IMG/VR virus record: IMGVR_UViG_3300033056_000001
Location: 1 to 64,000 of that record
DNA: 64,000 bases
Reading direction: 5' to 3' (one strand)
From: a virus
Part shown: positions 1-7,937 of the stretch, piece after piece
Layout of the letters: every line of letters begins with the position of its first letter
Position numbering within the stretch: position 1 is the stretch's first letter
Translations under genes and position numbers: made by a program
The notes under the pieces: model-generated
Databases searched by the model: none
Told to the model about the DNA's origin: nothing
What the model saw: only the letters and a program-made list of their open reading frames with translations

Positions 1-1012
1 GAGTTATATTATCGGATTAGATCACGGAAACGGCTGGGTAAAAGCGAAAACTGCATCGAATGAATTAACGCTTCCATCTTATTATGCGAAATTAGAAACA
101 GTTAACGAAGGCTACGGAAACAATAAAATAGAAGTAAAAGAGTACGAAAGTAACATTTCGAAAGGTGAGAAATTCGTCTGGGGCGAAGAAATAAACCGCA
201 TCGACCACGTAGTTCCAACTTACGGCGCGCAAGATCGCTACAAACAAACGCCATACCGTCTGCTTACCGAATTCGCACTCGCAGAAGCAGCGTCTAAAGA
301 AGGTGACGCAATCTCGGACGTAATGGTCGTAACTGGCGTACCGTCAATCGAAAAAGGCACCGACTCAGAAAAAGACCTCATCAACGTAGTGCGCGGCGAC
401 CACCTCGTCAATATCAACGATAAAGGAATCATCTTACGCGTATCAGACGTTAAAGTCCTTCCGCAGCCGGTAGGCGTTGTAATGTCTGAATACCTTGACG
501 CAGACGGCTTCGTAGAGGACGAATCGTTTGAAACGGATAGCGTGGCCGTCATCGACATCGGAACGGGTACAACGGACATCGATCACGTTAAATCGCTCAA
601 ACGTCAGAAAGGCGACTCTGATTCGATTCTGCTCGGCATGAACGATGTTTACCGCCGTGTGGCCGACTGGATCAATTCGCAAAACCCATCGGCGCGCGCG
701 ACGGCCAGCAAAGTCGAAAGTCAGTTCGCGAATGACAGCTACGTAATCTCTAAACGCTCAGTAATCGAAATTGACGACATCAAAGAGCGTTCACTGGACG
801 AAGTGGCGGCCGAGTTAAAGACGGAAATCATCGGACGATGGAAAACGTGGGAACGATTCGACCGCATCTTACTAACTGGCGGCGGCGCGACGCAATTAGG
901 CCAACGCTTACAATCGCTTATTCCTGACGCTGAAATCGTTAAGAGCCCGCAGACGGCCAACGTAGAAGGTTTTTATCGTTATGGTAAATCGCTAGTAGGA
1001 GACGATGAGTAA
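1..1012 (+). CDS. Actin-like DNA segregation ATPase (ParM/Alp family), 5' end truncated by window edge
   Basis: The frame of ORF 323..1012 stays open back to nt 2 (SYIIGLDHGNGWVKAKT...). Actin-fold signatures present: GLDHGNG (phosphate 1), VIDIGTGTTD (phosphate 2), ILLTGGGA (adenosine). Stop overlaps the start of a small RHH gene (TAATG), as in parMR loci. Confidence 0.75.
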   Translation, partial: SYIIGLDHGNGWVKAKTASNELTLPSYYAKLETVNEGYGNNKIEVKEYESNISKGEKFVWGEEINRIDHVVPTYGAQDRYKQTPYRLLTEFALAEAASKEGDAISDVMVVTGVPSIEKGTDSEKDLINVVRGDHLVNINDKGIILRVSDVKVLPQPVGVVMSEYLDADGFVEDESFETDSVAVIDIGTGTTDIDHVKSLKRQKGDSDSILLGMNDVYRRVADWINSQNPSARATASKVESQFANDSYVISKRSVIEIDDIKERSLDEVAAELKTEIIGRWKTWERFDRILLTGGGATQLGQRLQSLIPDAEIVKSPQTANVEGFYRYGKSLVGDDE

Positions 1013-1284
1013 TGGCGCGTAAAATTTATCAACTTTCGTATGACGACGAATTGGACCACGATATTGTGGCGTTGTTTGAGAAACTCGATAAGCTGCCGAA
1101 GGATCGCAAGTCGGAGGCGGTGAGGTCGGCATTACGTATGTATGCGGATTATATCGGAGATTCGCCACGGTTATATTTTCCGCAGGTGAACTTCGGGCAG
1201 GCGCCGACGGCCGTTCCGGTTGAAGTGCCGAAGCCAGAAAAGAAAAAGAAGAAACGACCAGGATTTACGGGGGATGACTTTTAA
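1012..1284 (+). CDS. ParR-like ribbon-helix-helix centromere-binding adaptor (putative)
   Basis: 90 aa. RHH pattern: beta strand KIYQLSY, helices DHDIVALFEKL and RKSEAVRSALRMYA. Basic/acidic C-terminal tail KKKKKRPGFTGDDF. Translationally coupled to the ParM-like gene. Confidence 0.5.
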   Translation: MARKIYQLSYDDELDHDIVALFEKLDKLPKDRKSEAVRSALRMYADYIGDSPRLYFPQVNFGQAPTAVPVEVPKPEKKKKKRPGFTGDDF

Positions 1285-1298
1285 AGGAGGCGGAAAGT

Positions 1299-1436
1299 AT
1301 GTGGTTAATTATTACGCTATTAATAATCGCAGTTTTATTCGCAATCACACCGATGATTTTACTCCTAAGAAAACGAAAAGTGAATTACGCTAAAGAGTAC
1401 GAAAAGTATTTAGCGAATAACAATAAGGACTATTGA
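1299..1436 (+). CDS. Small membrane protein (45 aa), not in ORF track
   Basis: AAAGGAGG RBS 8 nt upstream of ATG. Sequence MWLIITLLIIAVLFAITPMILLLRKRKVNYAKEYEKYLANNNKDY, one TM helix. Followed by a terminator. Confidence 0.4.
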   Translation: MWLIITLLIIAVLFAITPMILLLRKRKVNYAKEYEKYLANNNKDY

Positions 1437-1442
1437 AGATAC

Positions 1443-1467
1443 GGCGGCCACTACGGTCGCTTTTTTA
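1443..1467 (+). terminator. Intrinsic terminator ending the par operon
   Basis: GCGGCC-actac-GGTCGC hairpin (one G-U pair) followed by TTTTTT. Confidence 0.55.
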
Positions 1468-1473
1468 TTTGCG

Positions 1474-1501
1474 CAAAAGAAAAGACGCCGTTTCAGGCGC
1501 C
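1474..1501 (-). terminator. Intrinsic terminator after the replication-relaxation gene
   Basis: Minus strand reads GGCGCC-tgaaac-GGCGTC followed by TTTTCTTTTG. Overlaps the stop codon. Confidence 0.55.
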
Positions 1502-2139
1502 TAACCAATTCGTATAGATATTCCATCGTTCTTAGGTTTCGGCTTCGTGGCCGCCAATAACTCGGATACGTCTTTCGTTTGAATAATACGCACGTACTCG
1601 CTGCTCACGTTGTATTTATGGTCGGCGATAATCCAAACGGCGGGGAATCGTTTTACCTTAAACGGTAAGCACTCACGCCATAGCTCCGACCGTGCGAACG
1701 CCTCATACCTGGCGATTTTCTGCTGCATGACTCTCGCCGTGTACCGCGTATTCTGAACCTCCGCGAAGAAGGCGGAACCGCGCCAGAACATGCAAATGTC
1801 CGGCCGTACATCTACGTTAGGGAATTGCGACTCAACAGCGAAATGTTTCAGATCCTTCTCGCCGTGGCCGCGCAGTTGAAGGTAGAAATCGGTGATTTTA
1901 AGGAAGTGGTCGACTTTTTGTCCGTTGGTTTTAATGCGGGCAGGTTTCGGAAAGTATACGTAAGGCTGACGGTTAGTATCAGCCTCGACATATCCACGAT
2001 CGCGCAGCCGTTTTAATACTTCGTTTGCATGGCGGATAGGATTCTTTGTGTCGGCGAAAAAGAGGGCCGCCAGCTGGTCACGCGTCATTGCGCGGAATTG
2101 TTGAAGCGTAGAGATTATTTCGAGGTCACGTTTTCTCAT
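1501..2139 (-). CDS. Replication-relaxation family protein (wHTH N-terminus)
   Basis: 212 aa. N-terminal pattern RDLEIISTLQQFRAMTRDQLAALFF...LKRLRDRGYV is typical of the Replic_Relax family. Overlaps the upstream FtsK-like gene by 4 nt, a pairing known from Gram-positive plasmids and phages. Confidence 0.65.
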   Translation of the reverse strand: MRKRDLEIISTLQQFRAMTRDQLAALFFADTKNPIRHANEVLKRLRDRGYVEADTNRQPYVYFPKPARIKTNGQKVDHFLKITDFYLQLRGHGEKDLKHFAVESQFPNVDVRPDICMFWRGSAFFAEVQNTRYTARVMQQKIARYEAFARSELWRECLPFKVKRFPAVWIIADHKYNVSSEYVRIIQTKDVSELLAATKPKPKNDGISIRIG

Positions 2140-3347
2140 TCGGATTCATCCTCCCAGTTTTCATCGTCTTGCCCGAAGATATTATCGGTGAGTTTTTTGA
2201 GGTCCGGCTCGGCGGCCGGCGGAGTTGGCGTCACATTCGTCGCAGACTTAGGCGCTCGCCAGTAAACGTTCAAAAGTTCCTTCGCCACGTCTAAATCGAG
2301 GTATGGCGCTTTGAGCTCGGTATTCTCGCCGCGGAAGTCGATTATAAACTGACCGCTGCTTTTAAGCTTCTCGGCGCCTGGCGTTTCGAGTATCTCGGCG
2401 CTAGTTTGATTGCGTACTTTAAAGCCCATACTTACGTCAAGACAATCACGAAGGGTAGTATCGATAACTTTATGCGAAGGGCGCTGCATCGATAGAATGG
2501 CGTAAATTCCAAGCGCACGGCCCATCGCTACCAATTCGATTAGCTTGGCGTTGAGCTCTTTGTCATCGCGCAGCATTACGTATTCGTCGATACATAATAG
2601 AATATAAGGTTTGCGGTGTTCTTTCGGCAGTTTGTCGATGTGGTCAATTCCGAAGACTTCGAGTAGTTTGGTGCGGTCGATCATTTCGGCGTGCAGTTCG
2701 TCAAGAATACGATTGGCGCCGCGTTTGTCGCTTTCGAGTGCTTTCGTATGTTGGATATTACGGAACAGGTGAAACTCCGACCGTTTACAGTCGATGAGGT
2801 ACAACGAAAGCTCTGACGGCTTTTTCGTAAGGATGAGCGTTGTTAGTATAATGCGTAGAATTGAAGACTTACCGGAGCCAGGGACGCCGCCGATGACCGC
2901 ATAAGGATTCGTAACCATATCATACGTAAACCATTTGCCGCGCTTATCTTTGCCGCAGACAATCGGCATTTTCTTGCCGTGGATCTCACGCATGAACTCG
3001 CCGTAGTTATAGTCGATTGTGTTTTGGTTGCTGCGGTTAAATATCGTAAGCGTGAAAACCTTATCTTCGCCGGATAACTCGATGTTGCCACCGAACGACT
3101 GCCGGAATACATACTCGCGCTTACGGAGCTCATCTGGCGAGTATCCCAACGGAATTGAAAACACATACGTAAATGTTTCCGATTCAGTGTCCGGCCGCAT
3201 ATCAAGTAGGCGAGGGTACTGGCGAATTTGCTTGCCGCCGCTGTTTTTATGTGCGATGTAAATGCCGCCTGCATTGAACGCCCGTTTTAACGCTCTACGC
3301 GCCATTCTCAGCGTTTTCTTTTGCGCTAGATAGTTACGTATACTCAT
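2136..3347 (-). CDS. FtsK/SpoIIIE-family DNA translocase ATPase
   Basis: Walker A GGVPGSGKSS, Walker B ILLCIDEY, and the FtsK-type motif GRALGIYAILSMQRPS. Start moved to Met58 of ORF 2136..3518: GGAGG lies 7 nt upstream and an ATGA overlap joins it to the preceding membrane-protein gene. Confidence 0.85.
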   Translation of the reverse strand: MSIRNYLAQKKTLRMARRALKRAFNAGGIYIAHKNSGGKQIRQYPRLLDMRPDTESETFTYVFSIPLGYSPDELRKREYVFRQSFGGNIELSGEDKVFTLTIFNRSNQNTIDYNYGEFMREIHGKKMPIVCGKDKRGKWFTYDMVTNPYAVIGGVPGSGKSSILRIILTTLILTKKPSELSLYLIDCKRSEFHLFRNIQHTKALESDKRGANRILDELHAEMIDRTKLLEVFGIDHIDKLPKEHRKPYILLCIDEYVMLRDDKELNAKLIELVAMGRALGIYAILSMQRPSHKVIDTTLRDCLDVSMGFKVRNQTSAEILETPGAEKLKSSGQFIIDFRGENTELKAPYLDLDVAKELLNVYWRAPKSATNVTPTPPAAEPDLKKLTDNIFGQDDENWEDESE

Positions 3348-3661
3348 CCGACTAACCTCCATAAGAACGCCATTAGAAAGCCGAAGAATGTGACGGGCAT
3401 TAAGACGTTGGCGGCACCGGCGATTAGTTCCGCAGCTTGGGACGCGCCTCGGCTGGCGAAGTGATTTTCGAGAAGGTTGGATATTATCGCGGTCAAGCCG
3501 ACTGCTGATACGAGCCAATATGCGCCTGCAATTTCGGGAGACATGCTGAAAAATCCCGCCCAGGTGAATCCGAAAGAGTAGATCGGTGCGCTAATTTTTC
3601 GTGGCTCATGACGATAGTTTCCAGACATAAAATCGTTGAATTTAATCGTTTGTACTTTCAT
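3344..3661 (-). CDS. Membrane protein, first gene of the FtsK-like operon
   Basis: 105 aa with 2-3 hydrophobic helices (FGFTWAGFFSM, AYWLVSAVGLTAIISNLL, VLMPVTFFGFLMAFLWRLV). GGAGGT RBS. Translationally coupled to the downstream gene. Confidence 0.5.
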   Translation of the reverse strand: MKVQTIKFNDFMSGNYRHEPRKISAPIYSFGFTWAGFFSMSPEIAGAYWLVSAVGLTAIISNLLENHFASRGASQAAELIAGAANVLMPVTFFGFLMAFLWRLVG

Positions 3662-3680
3662 TGTACATACCTCCTAATTA

Positions 3681-3758
3681 TACGTGTTGCTACACGGGTT
3701 TTAACACGGTTACTACTTACACGTGTTTACAAGCGTGAACAACAAGCGAGAGAAAGCT
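3681..3758. repeat. Iteron-like array of five (T)ACAC(G/A)(G/T)GTT repeats
   Basis: Copies: TACGTGTT 3681, TACACGGGTT 3691, TAACACGGTT 3702, TTACACGTGTT 3718, CTACACAGGTT 3748. They lie in the divergent intergenic region between the FtsK-like operon and an HTH gene. Confidence 0.6.
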
Positions 3759-3931
3759 ACACAGGTTCTGTTAGGAGTGAAATGAAGCGAGAGTGGAATG
3801 GAACGACGATAGCTTTAAAATACTATATGGGCGTAGGGTTGGTTATGTTTACGGATTTTTGTAATTTCGTGAATAATTTCCGTAAAGGTTGGCGAGGCTG
3901 TTGCTAACGAAATCAAACGGAGGTAATTCGA

Positions 3932-4156
3932 ATGTGGGGCTTGGGTAAGAAACGAACGAAGCTTGGTCGATTTTTAGATAAGAAAGGTCGTACGCAGAAT
4001 GAACTTGCGAAAGCTGCAGGCGTAAATAAGGAGACGATTAGCCGAGCGTGTAGCGATCCGAACTATTCGCCGACGGTCAAGACGTTGAGTAAAATTATGA
4101 AGGCGTTGCGGAAGTTAGATCCGAATGTAAAGGCGGAGGACTTTTTCGATTTATAG
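3932..4156 (+). CDS. XRE-family helix-turn-helix regulator
   Basis: 74 aa. HTH segment RTQNELAKAAGVNKETISRACS. GGAGGT RBS. Divergent from the FtsK-like operon across the iteron array. Confidence 0.7.
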   Translation: MWGLGKKRTKLGRFLDKKGRTQNELAKAAGVNKETISRACSDPNYSPTVKTLSKIMKALRKLDPNVKAEDFFDL

Positions 4157-4159
4157 ACA

Positions 4160-4205
4160 AAAAAAATAAGCGCCCACCCTACGAAAAGGTGAGCGCCGTT
4201 TTGTT
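4160..4205. terminator. Bidirectional intrinsic terminator
   Basis: A-tract, then GCGCCCACC-ctacgaaaa-GGTGAGCGC, then TTTTGTT. Serves the convergent genes 3932..4156 (+) and 4204..4620 (-). Confidence 0.6.
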
Positions 4206-4620
4206 AGCCGAGCATTGCCGAAATCATTACGTATTGTTTCTGGTCGCAGTGTATATGCAGTTTACACTCAACGCCATCTTCGCCGACCAGATAAACGAAG
4301 GCTTTCGATGTGTCTTTACGTCGTCCGCCGACCGCAGCGCCAGCGATTCCGCCTAACGGGCCTGCTACGATTGTCCCCGCGATTGCTCCGCCAGCCGCCT
4401 TGCCTGCGCTACGTTTACCGGATTTCGCCCATTCGATTCGCGCCAACTGCCAGCGCTTTTTATCTGCGAAAGGTAACTCCGTAATAACTTCGCCTGGCTT
4501 ATCGCCTTTGACTAGGTTTGCATTGCGAATCGGCACCGGAATGTGCTTATCTGTTAATACGTGTCCTCCGCTCAAAATATTAAGTTGAATGCGCTGACGA
4601 AACAATTCTTTCCAACCCAT
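4204..4620 (-). CDS. Glycine-zipper membrane protein, function unknown (stand-alone unit)
   Basis: 138 aa. Central AGKAAGGAIAGTIVAGPLGGIAGAAVGG glycine-zipper segment. GGAGGAG RBS. Own TATAAT box upstream and own terminator downstream. Confidence 0.5.
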   Translation of the reverse strand: MGWKELFRQRIQLNILSGGHVLTDKHIPVPIRNANLVKGDKPGEVITELPFADKKRWQLARIEWAKSGKRSAGKAAGGAIAGTIVAGPLGGIAGAAVGGRRKDTSKAFVYLVGEDGVECKLHIHCDQKQYVMISAMLG

Positions 4621-4656
4621 CGAAATCTCCTCCGTTTTAGTTTCCGTTATTTTCTA

Positions 4657-4686
4657 ATTATACTATATGTACGGACGAAAGCGAAA
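4657..4686 (-). promoter_or_regulatory. Putative sigma-A-type promoter for 4204..4620
   Basis: The minus strand has a perfect TATAAT (plus 4657..4662) with a weak -35 (TTCGCT) 17 nt upstream. Located after the holin stop. Confidence 0.35.
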
Positions 4687-4725
4687 AAAGATTCGCAATC
4701 GTCGAAAGTTTTTACTTCGTGCTGG

Positions 4726-4908
4726 CTAGTCGTCTCTGTTATTCGGATTATGTTTCGTGAAGAAGTACGCAGTAATCGCGGACAATGCGCCAATTAGCGC
4801 CGTGATAATCGTGTTGACTGTTTCGGAATCGTCGCGAAACATAAACATCGCCGTACCGAGTAAGCCGAGCACGCCGATAGATATTACGTATTCGAATCGG
4901 AATTTCAT
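4726..4908 (-). CDS. Holin-like small membrane protein
   Basis: 60 aa, two TM helices and a charged C-terminus (KHNPNNRDD). Start overlaps the endolysin stop (TAATG). Confidence 0.55.
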   Translation of the reverse strand: MKFRFEYVISIGVLGLLGTAMFMFRDDSETVNTIITALIGALSAITAYFFTKHNPNNRDD

Positions 4909-6116
4909 TACTTCGCCTCCTTATAGTACCAGCCTTTCTCGTTAAGGAATCGCTTAACTTTAACGAGGTCCAGTCCTCTAGCCGTAATTGTAGCGCTCGG
5001 GTTTCCGCCTTTCGCAAGGTTTAAAGCGCCGTCTAGTCCGATCGACTTCAAGAACGTACGGAACTCCGCTTCCATTGCCGGATTCAAGCCGCCTGTCTTT
5101 AACGTAACTGCGATTGGCTCAACGTCTTTCATTTGGACAAATCCGCCAGGAACCGCCCATGCTGCAGTCGTATATCCGTAAACGCTAAACACCGTGCCTG
5201 CTTTTAACGTTTTAGTCTTTTCGCTAATGTCAGCGTTTTTATATACGCCAGTAGCTACTTTCGCTTTAACTTGAACAGCGTATTTATCGCCAAGAGATGT
5301 TACTTTCGGCATTTCCTTCGCTGGCTCAACTTTCGCAGGTTCAGCCGGTTTAGTTTCGACTGCTTTCGCTTTTGCGTCAATTAAGTCGGCTAGTTTTGCG
5401 ATTGTTTTAGGTCCAGCGATTCCGTCTGCGTCTAAACCGTTCGCTTTTTGGAACGCCTTGATTGCCGCGACTGTTTTAGTGCCAACCACTCCGTCTACAG
5501 TTCCGAGGTCAAAACCAAGCGAAGTTAGTTTCGCCTGTACATCGATTACCGCTTCACCTTTCGAACCTAATTTAACGATAGTGCTTCCGGCTTCAACTTC
5601 GACTTTGATTTCGGAAACGTTTCCGCCTTTAACTTTTGCGATAACTTCCGCTTTGAATTGCGCCCAGCCTGCCGGATCCACAACGTAGAAATGCGGGCAG
5701 TCTTTGCCCGTTACGTCGTAGTGACGAATCATATGCGTAGACGGATCGATTCCGTGACGTTTACACACATCGGCTGCTAGTTCGACCGTGTTAGCGCGCA
5801 TTTTCGTGAAGACGCCGTCGCTGTTTACGCACATTTCGATTCCGATTGAGTTTGCGTTACGGCAGCTTGGATGAACGTATTTCTTAGCGCCAACGTGGTA
5901 GCCGAGTTCATTTTCGGGTAGTGCGCGTACGATTTGCGTACAGTCTACGAGATAGTGAGCGCTAGCAGAACGGTCGGTACTGTTGAAGTAGTTACGGTTA
6001 GCCATTGCGTTTGCGCCTTTACCTTCGTTTGCTGTCCAGTGAATTACGAGATACTTCGGATCTATTTTACGTCCTGGTCGATTATGACCGCTGATTAATT
6101 TTTCAGTGATATTCAT
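4908..6116 (-). CDS. Endolysin: N-acetylmuramoyl-L-alanine amidase (Amidase_2/PGRP) with PG_binding_1 and a C-terminal wall-binding region
   Basis: N-terminus VIHWTANEGKGANA...SAHYLVD...GIEMC...HYDVTGKDCP carries the zinc amidase motifs. The middle GSKGEAVIDVQAKLTSLGFDLGTVDGVVGTKTVAAIKAFQKANGLDADGIAGPKT is a peptidoglycan-binding domain. Confidence 0.9.
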   Translation of the reverse strand: MNITEKLISGHNRPGRKIDPKYLVIHWTANEGKGANAMANRNYFNSTDRSASAHYLVDCTQIVRALPENELGYHVGAKKYVHPSCRNANSIGIEMCVNSDGVFTKMRANTVELAADVCKRHGIDPSTHMIRHYDVTGKDCPHFYVVDPAGWAQFKAEVIAKVKGGNVSEIKVEVEAGSTIVKLGSKGEAVIDVQAKLTSLGFDLGTVDGVVGTKTVAAIKAFQKANGLDADGIAGPKTIAKLADLIDAKAKAVETKPAEPAKVEPAKEMPKVTSLGDKYAVQVKAKVATGVYKNADISEKTKTLKAGTVFSVYGYTTAAWAVPGGFVQMKDVEPIAVTLKTGGLNPAMEAEFRTFLKSIGLDGALNLAKGGNPSATITARGLDLVKVKRFLNEKGWYYKEAK

Positions 6117-6212
6117 TTCATCGCTTCCCTTCGTTCAATTTTAATCGTATAATAAGCGTAAGTGTCGGCGCCGCAATACTTTGGAGAGAGAGGCGCGGCA
6201 GTCCGACCGCAA

Positions 6213-6464
6213 TTAAAAAACGATTGATACTACGATTCCGCCTATTCCGATGAATAATGAAACCGCGATACCAATCGCCCATTTAATCGTTGTAGATAAT
6301 TGCGAGATGTCTCTTGCGTTTTCATTTGCGAGGGCTATTCCTTGTTCCGCTTTCTTATCAGCCTCTTCCGCTTTACTCCGCGATTCCATCGCCCAGTCTA
6401 ACTTCGTTTCCAGACGAGCCAATGCGATTGCTACGTCAAACTCTCGATTAGTTGGTTCGGACAA
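6213..6464 (-). CDS. xhlA: XhlA-like lysis-associated membrane protein
   Basis: Coiled-coil N-terminus plus a C-terminal TM helix (WAIGIAVSLFIGIGGIVVSIVF), like PBSX XhlA. Start set at an internal TTG preceded by AAGGAGGTG. The longer ATG at 6548 lacks an RBS and overlaps the promoter of the divergent gene. Confidence 0.65.
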   Translation of the reverse strand: MSEPTNREFDVAIALARLETKLDWAMESRSKAEEADKKAEQGIALANENARDISQLSTTIKWAIGIAVSLFIGIGGIVVSIVF

Positions 6465-6549
6465 TTTGCGCACCTCCTTTTTAGGGGATTTCTTACTATG
6501 ACTTAAGTTCCAAAAACATATATTTTCTGTATAATATCTTGTAAACATT

Positions 6550-6558
6550 TGGTATAAT
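6550..6558 (+). promoter_or_regulatory. Extended -10 promoter (TGgTATAAT) for the O-antigen-ligase-like gene
   Basis: TGGTATAAT lies about 65 nt upstream of ATG 6621, and a strong TGGAGG RBS lies 5 nt before the ATG. Confidence 0.5.
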
Positions 6559-6620
6559 GTATAGCTATGAGCATTTTTTCATATACTAATTAAATTTAAT
6601 GTAAATACTTTGGAGGAAAA

Positions 6621-7937
6621 ATGAAAATATTAGTTATATTTATCTTGTACTTTTTGATTTTTGCATTTTGGAACATCTTTTTTGCCAAAAGAGATAAATT
6701 TAAAAATTTGTATTTAGTATTTTTCTTGTTCTTATTTAGTTTCTACCTATCTACTCCGTATTATCAAATAAATCTAGATGGTTCAAGGGAAAGCGCATCG
6801 TTACATACTGTTTTCGTAGCCTTGATTGTTTGCTTGTTTTTTGTCGCAAATAAAAGGGTTCTTAAACCAGGAAAAGAACTGATATTATTTATCCCTATAT
6901 TCTTCCAAGCTTTAATTACTGTGTTATACTTTAAGTTTAGTAATATTGCGGATGTCTTTGGTATTTTAAATGCTTATATAAGTATTTATCTGATTATCCT
7001 TATATATCGGAGTGTACCCAATATAGATATTAACAAATTTTTATACAGTATAAACTATCTAGCTTTGGTAAACGGAATTTTAGGTATGGCTCAATACATA
7101 ACGGGCAAAAGTTTATTGATCGGAAGTTTCAATAGTTCAATTCTTTATACAGAAGGTATGGTAGATATAAAACGTGTCATAGGATTAGCAGGAGCTAATA
7201 ATGCTGCCGGTACTTTTAGTGCTATACTTTTCGGCGTTGTCTTGTATAATTTACTAAAGAAGCGAGATATTCTAAGCTTAATAACCTTAATTATAACGAC
7301 TGTATTTGCTGTTTTAACTTTCACTAGGGTTGGCTATGTCGCTATTTTTGCAGAAGTTTTAATTTTTTGGTTTTTATACAAACCGAAAACAAAGAGAACT
7401 CAGTTTACAAAAATAATTTCGTTTTGTTTTGGCCTTCCTATTATAGTAATCGTCACTAGTAGTTTCGTTTCAGGCCTAATTAATAAATTATTTACGGAAC
7501 GTGGTGATACGTCCTCAGAAAGATTTAGGCAATTCCAAAGGGCATATGATTATGTTATTTCTAACAATTGGTTTTCAGGAATAGGAATAGGTCAATATAA
7601 ACCATATCTACTCAATAACTACCGAATAGCTGATTTACCAATACACTCTCAATACTTAAATGTTTTAGCAGAACAAGGAGTACTTATCTTAATTGTTTTT
7701 GTCCTCTTTAATTTCACGATAATTTACAAGATACTTAGAAACAAACACATAGATAAAGATTTAAAAGTACTAACAGTGGCGATTTTTTCGGCAAACTTTA
7801 TGTGTTCTAACTTTAACCCCAACCAATTTTATTACATGAATAACGTGCTTTACTACATTATTATGCTTGGTTTATATTTTTACGCGAAAAGATATAAAGT
7901 AGCGCCTTTGGATAAAGAGTTAAAAATAGCAGCATAG
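6621..7937 (+). CDS. O-antigen ligase/polymerase-like (Wzy_C family) polytopic membrane protein
   Basis: 438 aa with about 10-12 TM helices. Wzy_C-like motif region: FTRVGYVAIF ... PIHSQYLNVLAEQGVLILIV. Very AT-rich (roughly 25-30% GC by eye) compared with its neighbours. Opposite strand, with its own promoter and terminator. Confidence 0.75.
   Translation: MKILVIFILYFLIFAFWNIFFAKRDKFKNLYLVFFLFLFSFYLSTPYYQINLDGSRESASLHTVFVALIVCLFFVANKRVLKPGKELILFIPIFFQALITVLYFKFSNIADVFGILNAYISIYLIILIYRSVPNIDINKFLYSINYLALVNGILGMAQYITGKSLLIGSFNSSILYTEGMVDIKRVIGLAGANNAAGTFSAILFGVVLYNLLKKRDILSLITLIITTVFAVLTFTRVGYVAIFAEVLIFWFLYKPKTKRTQFTKIISFCFGLPIIVIVTSSFVSGLINKLFTERGDTSSERFRQFQRAYDYVISNNWFSGIGIGQYKPYLLNNYRIADLPIHSQYLNVLAEQGVLILIVFVLFNFTIIYKILRNKHIDKDLKVLTVAIFSANFMCSNFNPNQFYYMNNVLYYIIMLGLYFYAKRYKVAPLDKELKIAA

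Noticed and set aside
238-960. Minus-strand ORFs 238..579, 443..682 and 739..960, antisense to the ParM-like gene
   Set aside because: They are embedded in a well-supported plus-strand gene with actin-fold motifs. They have no RBS, and their composition is typical of antisense shadow ORFs.
3348-3518. N-terminal 57-codon extension of the FtsK-like ORF (start at 3518)
   Set aside because: The extension is Arg/Cys-rich, overlaps the upstream membrane-protein gene out of frame, and lacks an RBS. Met58 has GGAGG and an ATGA coupling.
3608-3907. Plus-strand 99-aa ORF across the iteron region
   Set aside because: It starts inside the minus-strand membrane gene, has no RBS, and runs through the repeat array and promoter region. 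It is better explained as noncoding control DNA.
6465-6548. Longer XhlA start at ATG 6548
   Set aside because: It has no RBS, and the extra residues (MFTRYYTENICFWNLSHSKK...) overlap the extended -10 promoter of the divergent wzy-like gene. An AAGGAGGTG-TTG start fits the XhlA size.
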